From Mustelus asterias (lineage: Eukaryota): a stretch of DNA of 64,000 nucleotides. The translations under genes were made by a program, and so were the position numbers. Each line of letters starts with the position of its first letter. The stretch's first letter is position 1. The DNA lies in contig NW_027590185.1 in assembly GCF_964213995.1 (NCBI RefSeq), positions 186,001 to 250,000 of the forward strand, written 5' to 3'. Shown in pieces: positions 48,960-62,694 of the stretch. The notes below the pieces were generated by a model. The model was not told where the DNA came from. It saw only the letters and a program-made list of their open reading frames with translations, and did not search any database.

Positions 48960-49965
48960 ACACTTGTCAATTTGCTGGTGTGTTAGAAGGTGGGTTGACT
49001 GAGTGAATCCCATCTCGCACTCAGAGAAGGTGAATGGTCTCTCTCCATTGTGAGTGTGTTGGTGTCTCAGCAGGTGGGATGAGTGAGAAAATCCCTTCCC
49101 ACACTCAGAGCAAGAACGGTTTCTCCCCGGTGTGAATGTGCTGGTGTGTTTGCAGGTTGGATGAACGAGTGAATCCCTTTCCACAGTCAGAGCAGGTGAA
49201 CGGTCTCTCCCCGGAGTGAACTTGTTGGTGTCTCAGCAGAATACTTGAGGTCTTAAAGCTCTTCTCACATTCAGAACATTTGAAAGGTTTCTTATCCGAG
49301 TGAACAAGTTGGTGTGATCTGAGGCTGGTTAAATAAATGAATCCTTTTCCACACAAGGAGCAGGTGAACGACCTCTCCCCAGTGTGAACTCGCTGGTGTT
49401 TCTGGAGGCTGGATAACAGAGTGAATCCCTTCCCACACACTGTACATCTGAATGGCCTCTCCTCACTGTGAACTCGCTGGTGTATCAGCAGATCACTTGT
49501 GGTTTTATAACTCTTCTCACATTCAGTACATTTGAAAGGTCTGTTATCAGTGTGAACCAGTCGGTGTGTAGCGAGGTGGGATGATCATGTAAATCCCTTC
49601 CCACACACAGAGCAGGTGAACGGCCTCTCCCCAGTGTGAGTGCGTTCGTGTTCAATGAGGTTCTGTGATTGTTTAAACAGCTTCCCACAGTGAGAGCAAC
49701 TGAACTGTCTCGCAATGAGAACAATCTGGTGCTTGACCAGGTCCTCAGAGCTTTTAGAGTTGTTATCGCTGTCAGAGTGGTTAAAAAGCCTCTCTTCAAT
49801 GTGAACTTGCTGGTGGGTCAGCAGGTGGAATGACTGAATGAATCCCTTCCTGCACACAGAGCAGGTGAATGGTCTCTCCCCAGTGTGACTGCGGCGATGT
49901 ATTTCCAGCAATGATGGGTAACTGAATCCCTTCCCACAGTCCCCACATTTCCATGGTTTCTCCAT
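48960..49965 (-). pseudogene. C2H2 ZNF pseudogene (ZNF-G), about 12 fingers
   Basis: [10 protein letters not shown] at 49965; degenerate 3rd finger; in-frame TGA at 49587-49585; frameshift at ~49113; leader extends to ~50475 and contains a LINE-tail insert at ~50035-50170. Confidence 0.8.
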
Positions 49966-51029
49966 GGTGCGGGTGTCCTTGTGTCCGTCAAGGTTAAACA
50001 ATCTGTTCAAGCCTTGTCCACATAAAGAACTTGTGTATTATTTCTCAGTAAGGGAATCAAGAGTCATGGGGATCAGGCAGGAAAGTGGAGTTCAGGATTA
50101 TCTCAGATCAGTGAATAGTGGAGCAGACTCAATGGGCCCAATGGCCTAATTCTGCTCCAAGATCTTCTCATCCTTTGGCTCTCTGCTGTGATTACTGAGA
50201 TTTTTTTTAAAAAATCAGGCTGTGTAACTGGTTAAAGCTCTTTCCACAGTCAGTTTACTGGAACACTCTCACTCGGGTGTGTGTGTATGTCTTGGTGCTT
50301 TTCCAGTCACACTGATGTTTGAAATCTTTCCTCGCCGCCAAAATAGAAAAACATTTCTCCTTCCACATTTCAAGGTTGATGATATTCAGGTCCTGATGAA
50401 CTGAGGGACTCTATCAGATCTTGATGTAATGTTTGGTTTCAGTTTCCCATCTGCAATTCATCGCCCTCGTGGACCTTGTAAAAGACATTGACAGAGTCAG
50501 TATCATTGTCACCACAAGATAGAAAGTCAGAACAGACAATTCTAGTTTCTATGGAATATTATTTTCTCTCTTGTTTCCCCAATCTTGTGGTCCAGTTAAA
50601 CTTCCATCTCAACTAAACCAGAACTTTGTTTCCAGTGTCTATGAGACACTCTGTACCCTGAGTTGTGGAAGGTATCGAGTGTTCCAGTCGACACTGCACA
50701 CTTCTTCAGGACCACAAGAGCATGGACAAGACCATGGAAGAGAGGCCAACAGCCTAGTTACCCCATGCTGATCTACAAATCACTGTTTTAATCAGCCCCA
50801 AGAGCAGGTCCAGGAAAAGACCCTCTGACCTCCCAAGCCTCCTCCACATGGGCAGCTAATCATTAGGCGCATGGGGCAGAATAGAAGTGTAACTAAAAGT
50901 GGAGAAGCAGCTCCTTCAGGAACTGCAACCTCTCACACTGAATATGTACATGGTTCATGGACTCCTGTAAACATCAGCTGCAGGCTGGGAGCGGGTGAAA
51001 CTGTTTAGACACCTGTTGCCCAGTTTGCT

Positions 51030-51306
51030 GGGAGGCATGGTGACACAGTGGTTAGACCTGGCTTCAGTTCCCGGATTGGGTCACTGTCTGTGTAGAGTTT
51101 GCACATTATCCCTGTGTCTGTGTGGGTTTCCTTCAGGTGCTCAGGTTTCCTCCCACAGTCCGAAAGATGTGCTGGTTAGGTGCACTGGCCATGCTAAATT
51201 CTCTCTCAGTGGACCCGAGCAGGCGCCGGAGTGCGGCGACTAGGGGATTTTCACAGTAACTTCATTGTCGTGTCAATGTAAACCTACTTCTGACACGAAT
51301 AAATAA
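51030..51306 (+). mobile_element. V-SINE with alternative tail
   Basis: Same head/tail combination as 39697-40001. Confidence 0.78.
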
Positions 51307-51334
51307 TTATAACTCTGATGTGCTGGAAACTAGG

Positions 51335-51730
51335 ACCCGGTGGGAACTGTAAAATCTAAACCCCGCCCTCACTGTTGCGCCACGAAGACCCTGGCGCATG
51401 CGCCTCTCGCTGATCCAAGATGGCGGCCGTTAACCTGGACTTGGGCCTCGGGCGGAAAAAGATCCGGAGCTGCAAACACGGAAGCGCAGAGTCTCAATCA
51501 GGGTTTGAGCGCCCACCAGGTGTTTAGAAACTCTTCTTCTCCAGAGCCGGCTCCATCGCTCCCTCGGAGTTTCCGCTTCCTTTCCCGTGGCAAAGAGACA
51601 AAAAGAGAGACGCACCCCATCGCCATGACTGACTGCGCATGCGCCAATACTGGTGATACTGCACCTGCGCAGTGCCTTCCTCTCGTGCAAATATGGGACA
51701 TTCACCACCGCGGCGAATGCTGGGTAAATC
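51335..51730. promoter_or_regulatory. CpG promoter between divergent ZNF-G (-) and ZNF-H (+)
   Basis: NRF1 GCGCATGCGC at 51394 and TGCGCATGCGC at 51634; YY1 CAAGATGGCGGC at 51416; GC box. Confidence 0.7.
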
Positions 51731-51859
51731 CTCCGTCATTGAAAGTCGTTATTGTTGACTGGTGATCTTTTTGCTGTGATGTGGAGATTGGGAGGAGGGT
51801 CGAAAAAGCTGTGCACAGATCCTTCACTCATCAGAAAGAACAGAAGTGGGAACTGGTGG

Positions 51860-52545
51860 ATTATTTTGATTTATTATTGTCACGTTATGGTTTACAGTGA
51901 AAATTATTATTTCTTGCGCACTGTACAGACAAAGCATTCCATTCATCGAGCGGATAGGAGAGAAGGAAAGAAAAGAGTACAGAATGTAGTGTTACAGTCA
52001 TATCCACGGTGTAGCAAAACAATATATAAGGCAGCTCCATTCAAAAGTCTGATGGCAGCAGGGATTAAGCTGTTTTTGAGTCAGTTGGAAAATGATCTCA
52101 AGACTTTTGCATCCTTTTTCCTGATGGAAGAAGGTGGAAGAGAGTATGTGGGGTTCTTTTTTGATTTGATTTATTATTGTCACATGTATTAGTGTACAGT
52201 GAAAAGCATTATTCCTTGTGCACCATACAGACAAAGCATACTGTACATAGGGAAGGAAAGGAGAGAGTGCAGAATGTAGTATTACAGTCACAGTTAGGCT
52301 GTAGAGGAAGATCAAATTAATGAGAAGTAGGTTATTCAGAAGTCTGATGGTAGCAGGGAAGAAGGTGTTCTTGAATCGGTTGGCACATGATCTCAGACTT
52401 TTGTACCTTTTTCTTGGCGGAAGAAGGTTGAAGAGAGTATGTCCGGGGTGTGTGACATTCTCGATTATGTTGGCTGCTTTTCCGAGGCAGCGGGAAGTGT
52501 AGATGGAGACAATGGATGGGAGGCTAGTTTGTGTAATGGACTGCG
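51860..52545 (-). mobile_element. Two tandem Rex1/Babar-like LINE 3' ends
   Basis: LPSI.SIYTSRCL.KAANII...HPGH.LF.LLP..KRYKSL....NRFKNTFFP.TIRLLN; tails ...gtgacaataataaatcaaa at ~51865 and ~52165. Confidence 0.75.
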
Positions 52546-52727
52546 CAAATGCCCCAAAGTTTTCCACAAACAACAGCAAAATCCAACCACTTCAGTCAAA
52601 TATAAACTCAGAAGCTGGTGTGACTGAGTGAAGTATTTATTTGAGTAACTGTCAGGATTGTTTTCTCATGGATATTCCAAGTCATTTTAAAAATCGTTCA
52701 ATTGATTCTAGTCGTTGGCTAGACGAG

Positions 52728-53530
52728 CATTTATTGCCCATCCTTAACTGCCTTTGAAAAGGTGGTGGTGAGCTGCCTTCTTGAATCGCTGCAGTCTATG
52801 TGGCGTAGGTACATCCACAGTGTTGTTAGTGAGGGAATTCCAGGATTTTGATCCAATGACAGTAAAGGAACAGTGACATATTTCAAAGTCAAGATGCTGA
52901 GTGGTTTGGAAGGGGACTTCCAGGTGATGGCTTTCCCATCTGTCCACTGTCCTTGTCCTCCTGGATTGTAGCGGTCATTGGTTTTGTTTCCTTGTTTTCC
53001 TTTCATCTGTTGCCCCAAAGTGCGGTGGATGCTGGGCAGTGAGTAATTTAAGGAGGAGTTGGACAGATTTTTAATTGGTTATGGGTTGAAAGGTTATGGG
53101 AGAAGGCAGGAAAATGGGGATGAGAAGCATATCAGCCATGATTGAATGGTGGAGTGGACTCAAGGGGCCGAATGGCCTAATTCTGCTCCTATATCTTATG
53201 AACATATGAACTTGCAGGTTTCATACAGATTTGCAAAAAAATAAAAAATTCTTTGGAAGTAGACATTACTGACAAGGCCCAGGTATTTGTCCTGAATTAC
53301 TATCACAGACAGTGATATGTTACCAATCACCAATTGTCCTTTGTGATGGTGATAGTTGGCCTTCTTCTTGAACCTCTGCAGTCCGTATAGTAAAGGTGCT
53401 CCCACAATGCAAGAGTATTAGAATTTTAACCCAGTCACGTTGAAGGGACAGTGATATTTGTCCAAGTCGGGAAGTTGTGTGGTTTTCCCACGTCCCAGCT
53501 GCTCTGGTACTTCCAGGTGGGGAAGATTGT
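52728..53530. mobile_element. Mixed LINE 3' fragments
   Basis: GSKSWNSL.N.TV.VPT.H.LQRFKKAAHHHL (-) twice; CR1 tail (+) at ~53045-53210. Confidence 0.6.
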
Positions 53531-53954
53531 GGGTTGAGGAGATTCTGCCAAAATCCTGGTTGAGTTGCTGATGCATAAAGTCTCTCTCCGTCACCTTCCT
53601 CCTGATCTTTTCCTCTTTTGCATAAAGGCTGGATTCTTGTTGTAGGCTCTGAAGAGGTGGAGGGTTCCTTTCCCTCAGTGCATTGGTGAACAGTTTGAGT
53701 CTTTGTCACAATCCAGCAGCTTTCATATCCACTATTTCCTAGTCCCAATTCCACAGTTTACCAAATTAGTTCAGCTGAATTTCGTATTTTGTGTTTTAAT
53801 GGCTTGTCTCTCATGTTTCCCTCTTTCTGTTTTCAATTCATTTTTCAGGGGATTGGAAGGTGAGGAATTACAGAAAATTGTAAATCAAGGATCACATCAA
53901 GATCTGACAGAGTGTCTCGATTCATCAGGATCTAAACATCATCGGCCTTTCAAC

Positions 53955-55160
<1,206 letters not shown>

Positions 55161-55654
55161 TCACAGGGGTGTGATTCTGCTGTTATTGCTGCTGTTAATT
55201 ACATCACAACTAAATTACGTTTATACTGATAGTTGGAGTTTTTCTGATGTAAATCAGCCCTGTTGGACTTGTAGAATACCCCACAGCATCTCTCATTCAT
55301 GTGTCAATAAATCTTCACACCTGCAGACCTTGTTTTAAATTTAAATCACTCAGAAACTGTATTGAACTAAAGATGAACAATAAACAGATCACAGTCCAAT
55401 CCACCCCTGTGTGAATGTGCCGATGTATCAGCAGGCCGTTGACTAAAGTCTGTTTTGTAACTTCAGGATAAAGATTTGAAAGCTCTGAATGTTGGTCCTC
55501 TCATATGTAGGCTGGAGCTATTTGATAGGCAGGATGTTAATAGCTGTAAACTTGTCAGATGTCGAAAGAATTACTATTGGAGTAAACTCACCCATTTATA
55601 ACCTCAGACTCTGGTCCCTATTGTGATGAATAAGTAACACAGTGGAATAGCGGG

Positions 55655-55945
55655 ATAAATATGTGGGGCTACGGGGATAGGGCCTGGGTAAGATGCTCTG
55701 TTGGAGAGTCGGTGCAGACTCGATGGGCCCTGTACCCTTGTGCATTTACCCTGCTAACCCCCCCTAACCTACACATCTTTGGACGCTAACGGATAATTTA
55801 ACATGGCCAATCCACCTAACCTGCACATCTTTGGAATGTAGGAGGAAACGGAAGCACCCAGAGGAAATTCAGACACAGGGAGAACGTACACAGAAACCCA
55901 CTGCTGTCAGGCAGCAGTGCTAACCACTGTTCCACCGTGCAGCCC
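55655..55945. mobile_element. Rearranged HE1-type SINE pieces in opposite orientations
   Basis: Tail segment (+) to ~55730 joined to a deleted SINE (-). Confidence 0.65.
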
Positions 55946-56577
55946 TTCATCTGCTGCTGAATCCCACATCCACACATTACTGCCAGACTTGACAATTTCA
56001 ACACATTCCTGACTGGTCTCCCGCATTCTGTAATTTTGAGATAATCCAAAATGTCCTCATGTCTTGCAGACGCTTCCTCCATCTTCACAACCCCCTCTTC
56101 TAATTCTGGACCTCTGTGCAGCCCCTTTGCAATTCCTGCAGCATTGCTGGCCTGCGGACTAATGTATGGTTCAATTCCCATTCCAGCTGAGGTCGGTGTC
56201 GGAGCTGTCTCCTCACCCTGCCCAAGAGTGGATGGTAACGGCAGCCTGCTACTGACACAAACTGCCAGGAACACAGCTCTGGATGACACATCAGCAGACA
56301 TTTGGGGTTCCAAATGCTTGAAAAATGTTAACCTGTGTGAAATTGAGGTGTATTCCAGACTAATTTAAATATAGGATGAGTGTCATTGCTTATTTAGTCA
56401 CTGCTGTAAACAGTGGAATTTTCACTTTGTAAACCTCAGCTTGAAGGAATAAAGTGAATAAATTGGGATATTAACTTTTACCATTATCCATCTGAAGCCA
56501 ATGGACTCCCTTTTCCCCATCCTGATGTGACACTGAATCTTCTTCGGTTTGAAGAAGAAACTTAACCTTAGAGCACT

Positions 56578-56878
56578 GGGCGGTACAGTGGCCCAGTGGT
56601 TCGCACTGCTGCCTCACAGCACCAGGGGTTTGGATTTGATTCCCGGCTTGGGTCACTGTGTGGAGTTTGCACATTTTCCACGTGTCTGTGGATTTCCTCC
56701 GGGTGCTCCGGTTTCCTCCCACAGTCCAAAAGATGTGCTGGTTAGGGTGCATTGGCCAAGCTGAATTCTCCCTCAGTGTCCCCGAACAGGTGCCGGAGTG
56801 TGGCGACCAGAGGATTTTCACAGTAACTTCATTACAGTGTGAATGTAAACCTTCTTGTGACTCATAAATAAACTTTAC
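56578..56878 (+). mobile_element. V-SINE with alternative tail
   Basis: Head gggcggtacagtggcccagtgg; tail ...cttgtgactcataaataaacttta. Confidence 0.8.
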
Positions 56879-57190
56879 TACTGGCCTCAGTACCCGAGAC
56901 CTGGCAGGATGGCAAGAATGGCCCGGGAGGTGTACTGGAGGGGCTGGAGTGGGCAAGTGGTGACACTGGGCGGAGCAGCAGCTGGGAGGCCTACAGCGAC
57001 CCCTGGTGGATAGGAGGGGAAACAGCAGCAGTGCAGTCTGCGCAAAAGCTTCCCCAGTTCAGCTGATCAGAGAGACTGGGAACCTCTCCAAATGTAAACT
57101 TCAGCTTCTCACATTCACCCCCATCTCCCTCCATCCACCTCACTCATCCCTCCCTCTCACCATCCATCCCTTTCTCCTTCCTCCCATCCC

Positions 57191-58646
57191 TGTAAGTTTC
57201 AGGGCAATCCTCCATATTTTAAAAGGACTCAGGAGAAACCTGCCAGTTTAAAAGTGGCCAACTCTGGCTGCTGGCTGATAAAAACCTCCCAGAAGGCTCG
57301 GCAGGACAAACATAACCTGCCTGTGGACTGTGCTAAGAGAAAAAAAGGTGTGAGGTCCCTGAATATGTAAGTGGCCAAAAAGGCAGACACACCAGTGATC
57401 GAATCATCAGAAGGACAAAGGACAGTAAACAGACCAGCAGGGAGTCCATGGCCACAGAAATCGGCCCATCCACAGAAGACATTGAAATAACGACCCACAG
57501 GGGGTCAAGGCAGTTCCAGCCTTTTGTGTGTGGACTTGACGAAATTAAACTGAAACTGCCAGTGATCGAAAGCCCCATTGTCCTTGAAAATCACCTACGG
57601 GGGCAGGGAAGGTGTTTTTGATACATTGAGCTGAGAGTCAAACAAGCAGGACCAAGCTCTCTTCCAGAATCACAAGCAGTGACACAGACAAGCAGAACCA
57701 AGCTCTCTTACAGAATCGCAAGCAGGGACACAGACAAGCAGAACCAAGCTCTCTTCCAGAATCGCAAGCTGAAAAGCAGACAAGCAGAACCAAGCTCTCT
57801 TCCAGAATCGCAAGCAGGGACACAGACAAGCAGAACCAAGCTCTCTTCCAGAATCACAAGCTGAGACACAGACAAGCAGGACCGAGCTCTCTTCAGTTTC
57901 GACCCTGCACTAAGACATTTGAGCCGACCACAAAGCCGACCCTTTTAGAATTGTGAGTATCCCAGCCAACCATGCGAAGCTCCCGAGGATAGGATAGAGG
58001 TTGAGGCAAGGGGAGGGGTGGTGTATTGTAATTTTAAAGTTCAGGAATACATTGTACCCATTTGCATTTCTCCCATAGTGTAGTATAAAGTATAAGTTTT
58101 ATTCATGTGTGGTGGGGTATTGAAGAGGTTGATTGTATTGTTAAATAAATCACTGTAAGTTTTGAAACTCATTTGGAGTCCGTCTTGCCTCTTGTTCTCT
58201 CATCAGTGCACTCTGACGAGGTCACAGTTTCAATATCCCTTACCATAAATCCGGAGTCTAGAACCGAGGGTGATCTGAGCGATTCGAACCCGCTCACTCA
58301 AGGGAGACTGCTGGTCAGGAGATAAAGAACAGAGTCTCTCTGTTCTCTCTCTTGGAGACCTACTCGAGTGGAGTGGGTGCAGGGTGGCCGTTGTCCCACT
58401 GACAAGGGAGAGAATCACTCAGGCCTTGGTGGCGGTTTTGGGATGGCTGTGTGATATAAGTATCAGGTTACCGGTCAGGTATAAACGGTGAGCCTGGTTC
58501 AGCGCTCTCTCTCCTGTGGACTTGCCCCAGTACAGCATTCCCCGGCCTTTGAAATTTCAAGGCCTGTAAGAGAGAGACACTCGCAGCTATCGGCAGACCC
58601 TCAAACATCGGCCTGTAAGTGGAGTAACAAGGAAGATCCCGCTACA
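57191..58646 (+). mobile_element. Putative solo LTR or LTR-derived element, 1456 bp
   Basis: TGTA...TACA termini; TCCC on both sides (57187-57190, 58647-58650); internal tandem repeat; AATAAA at ~58144. Confidence 0.55.
57640..57895. repeat. 46-bp tandem repeat, about 6 copies
   Basis: cacagacaagcagaaccaagctctcttccagaatcgcaagcaggga. Confidence 0.9.
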
Positions 58647-58817
58647 TCCCTCCCTCCAATAAGAACCATTCACTGAGCACAGCAGTTTCAGCCTCATTCC
58701 CACAGTCTGTATTCCAGCCTTTATCACATCCACTCTGCTCCCAGATACTTTACACCATTAGATATTACAATTCAAACTTTATAATCTCTACAATTTACTA
58801 TTTGTTCAAGGAGATGA

Positions 58818-59145
58818 GGGCAGCATGGTGGCACAGTGGTTAGCACTCCTGCCTCACAGCGCCAGGGACCTGAGTTCAATTCCTGGCTTGGGTCACTGTC
58901 TGTGCAGAGTCTGCACATTCTCCCCGTGTCTGCGTGGGTTTCCTCCGGGTGCTCCGGTTTCCTCCCACAGTCCAAAGATGTGCTGCTTAGGTTGACTGGC
59001 CATGCAAAATTGACCCTAGTGTCAGGAGGATTAGCAGGTTAAATATGTGGAGTTACGGGGATAGGGCCTGGGTGGGATTGTGGTTGGTGCAGACTCGATG
59101 GGCTGAATGGCCTCCTTCTGCACTGTAAGATTCTACGATTCTATG
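58818..59145 (+). mobile_element. HE1-type V-SINE
   Basis: Full head, V-domain and tail ending attctatga. Confidence 0.88.
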
Positions 59146-59157
59146 AGTTCACAAAAT

Positions 59158-59426
59158 TAAAGTTAAAAGTTAAATTTATTTATTAGTCACAAGTAAGGCT
59201 TACATTAACACTGCAATGAAGTTACTGTGAAATTCCCCTCGTCGCCACACTCCAGCACCTGTTTGGGTCAATGCACCTAAATAGCACATCTTTCAGACGG
59301 TGGGAGGAAACCGGAGCACCCGGAGGGAACCCACACAGACACGGGGAGAACGTGCAGACTCCACACAGACAGTGACCCAAGCTGGGAATTGAACCCGGGT
59401 CCCTGGCACTGTGAGGCAGCAGTGCA
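59158..59426 (-). mobile_element. V-SINE with alternative tail
   Basis: Lies tail-to-tail with the preceding SINE. Confidence 0.8.
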
Positions 59427-59492
59427 GACAGACAGTCAAGAAATCATCAATTCCACTCCCACCCGGAGCGATGGGGATATATTTAGAGTAAC

Positions 59493-59945
59493 AGTTTTAA
59501 CAACACCAGGTTAAAGTCCAACAGGTTTATTTGATAGCAAATACCATTAGCTTTTGGAGCGCTGCTCCTTCGTCAGATGGAGTGGAAATCTGCTCTCAAA
59601 CAGGGCAAAGAGACACAAAATCAAGTTACAGAATACTGATTAGAATGCAAATCTCTACAGCCAACCAGTTCTTAAAGATACAGACAATGTGAGTGGAGGG
59701 AGCATTAAGCACAGGTTAAAGAGATGTGTATTGTCTCCAGACAGGACAGCCAGCAAGTCCAGGAGGCAAGCTGTGGGGTTTACTGATAGTGTGACATAAA
59801 GCCAACATCCCGGTTTAGGCCGTCCTCATGTGTGCGAAACTTGGCTATCAGTTTCTGCTCAGCGACTCTGCGCTGTCGTGTGTCGTGAAGGCCGCCTTGG
59901 AGAATGCTTACCCAAAGATCAGAGGCTGAATGCCCATGACGCACT
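59493..59945 (-). mobile_element. Penelope-like 3' fragment with mutated hammerhead
   Basis: HGHSASDLWVSILQGGLHDTRQRRVAEQKLIAKFRTHEDGLNRD; (-) ccatCTGACGA-aggagc-agc-gctcc-AAAAgctaatgg. Confidence 0.82.
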
Positions 59946-62694
59946 TCAGCGGTCACGGGCATTTGTCAAGAGAGAAAAGTGCTGACGTTTCGAGTCCAGA
60001 TGACCCTTTGTCAAAGACTGACCTCTGAAGAATTGAGAGAGGGAGGTGGAGAAGAACAAAATGAAAGATCTGCAAACTGACAAAATGTTTCATGGCCCAA
60101 GACCAAAACGAGTGGTAATTGAACAAGTAAAGACACAAAAGATGTTTTGGATGAGGTGTGAATAGCCGGTGAGCGATAGTCTGAATGTAAAGTAAACAAG
60201 AGGGAAATGAGGTGAAAAAAGCAGCAACGAAACACAGATCACAATGGGGGCAGAGATTGTGGTGTAAAATTGTTGAGCTCAGTTTTGTTCTGAAGGCTGT
60301 AAAGTGTCTCTTTCAGTTGCGAGAAATAATATTATATTTCCCAGTTCCGATGACAGGTCACATTGAGTCTGTTTCTCTCTCCACAGAGGCTGCCTGACTT
60401 GTTGAGTATTTCCAGCCAAAAGAGAAAACGCTGGAAAATCTCAGCAGGTCTGGCAGCATCTGTAAGGAGACAAAAAGAGCTGACGTTTCGAGTCCAAGTG
60501 ACCCTTTTGACAAAAGCAGCAATTTGCTGTGAACTGGGCCGGGTTGAGGTTTTGAGTGACAGTCCTGGGGCGATATCAGGACAGGAACAGCCACAGATTC
60601 CCCCTTTTCCCTGGGACATTTCACTGGAGCTGCGTTGGTGAGTGTTTGTAATCTCTGTCTCACTATCTCGGTAATGGGGGCAATTTCCAGCGTTTTCCGT
60701 TTGATGTCAACCAGACAATGTGTAAGAATTGTCACACCCGAAACAGATGTCTCTTACTCAGGACACCCCAGCTCGGGTCTCGTTGGCGGGGGGGGGGCGG
60801 GCGGCGGGGGGGGGGGGCGCGGTGGGTAACGTTCACAATTTTGTGTTTATGTCTGCTGCGAATAATACTTTAGATGAAACGGAGAAGTTTTTTAAACTGA
60901 GGAGAGTAACTGCATTTGGGCGCTGACTTTAAACAACATTAACAAGCCCGGGCTGCTGGAGAAACATTTGGGGATTTGTGAGCAGTCAGTTCCGGCTGGT
61001 TTGAAGTGAAATCCTGTCGGTGCTGCGGCAAATCTGAACTCAAACCAGACAAACTGGAACCGCTGGGTGAGAGATTCCGGGTGTTGGGATGTGGGAGCTG
61101 GGGGAGGGGGAGATGGCGGTAAAACTCTGAGCCTGAGTTTCGAGCGGGATGTGAGCGGGATAAAGGGAAGGAATGACAGTTAATGTGGGAGTCAGGGACA
61201 ATAGCAGAAGGTGGGAAGCTCTGGAAAGGAGCACGGAGGGTAAAGGCCATCAAAGAATGCTTGTTTAAATGAAGATAAAAGCAAAATACTGCGGATGCTG
61301 GAATCTGAAACAGAAACAGAAAATGCTGGAAAATCTCAGCAGGTCTGACAGCATCTGTGGAGAGAGAATGGAGTTAATGCTTCCAGTCTGGATGATCACA
61401 GATGCGATCAGACCTGCTGAGGTTTTCCAGCACTTTCTGTTTTTGATTAACTGAAGGTTCAGCAGGGAAAGAAGCAGCGAACTGAACACACTGAACCCAG
61501 GGGGAGGGGGTGACCCAGGATAAGCTCAGTGAGGCTCTGCAATGTCCATCAACACATCCACATTCAGACCTTAGAGAGCCAAGGGGGAGGGGAAGGAGAA
61601 ACTATTTGGGGCACAGCAGGTGGTCACCCCTCCCCCCACTCTGTGGTTCCACATCCCTCCCACACCTGGACAGGGTTGGCTCAAGGTGCAGGAAGCTGCA
61701 AGCTGAGAGGCTGAGCTGTGAACTGGGCCGGGTTGGGGGTTTGAGTGACAGTCCTGGGGCTATATCAGGACAGGAACTGCCACAGATTCCCTCTTTTTCC
61801 TGGGACGTTTCAGTGGAGCTGTGTTGGTGAGTGTTTGTAATCTCTGTCTCGGTAATGGGGGTGGGTTGTCGATTGCTGTGAGTGTTAGACTAAATAACCT
61901 CTCCTCATGCTGCCAGTTCCAGTCTGCAGACTCCATTTCTCAGTCCAGTCTGCTGCTCTGTCTCTCTGTACTTTGCTGCAGTGCTCCACATTCTGAGCAG
62001 CATCCAGTCCATTGTTATCACCCGAAATTTGCGGCAAACTCCCTTCACTGTGACACAGCGGTTAGCACTGCTGCCTCATTGAGTCTGGGTTCGATTCCAG
62101 CGGTGGGTGACTGTCTCTGTGGAGTTTGCACAGTAAGAAGTCTCAGAACACCAGGTTAAAGTCCAATAAGTTTATTTGGAATCAAAGCAAATTACTGCGG
62201 ATGCTGGAATTTGAAACTATGTTCTGTGGAACATCGTTTCCTCACTTGTTCCTGTGCAGCAGTAAATCCTCATCCTGAACACTTTACCTCCTCCCTGTCC
62301 TGCCACCAACTCCCACATTGACCAATCAGCTCATATTTCAATGGATTGTCCCATGACTCCACTGTGCCAGGCTGCATGGCGTATGGGCGCTGTTTCACCC
62401 ATAAGATGGATGTGTGCAGCACCCTCTTCCAACTGTTCTGGCTGCCAACCAGCCCGTGTCCACCCACACAGTTCCAGCAGCACCGCACACAATACTGCTC
62501 ACCTGCTCCGACAGACTCATGAAGGATGTCCTTTCATTTTCTCAGAGGGTTGGTCAGCCTGGCAAACCCAGTGTGAAATATCTTCACAAATCTTTTCTCC
62601 CACCCTCTATTCTGGCTGGGTTCAATTCTCTTTTGTACAGAGTGAAAATAAAATCAATTATTTTCTTTCCTGGTCACTGCAGGGAGCTGCAGCT

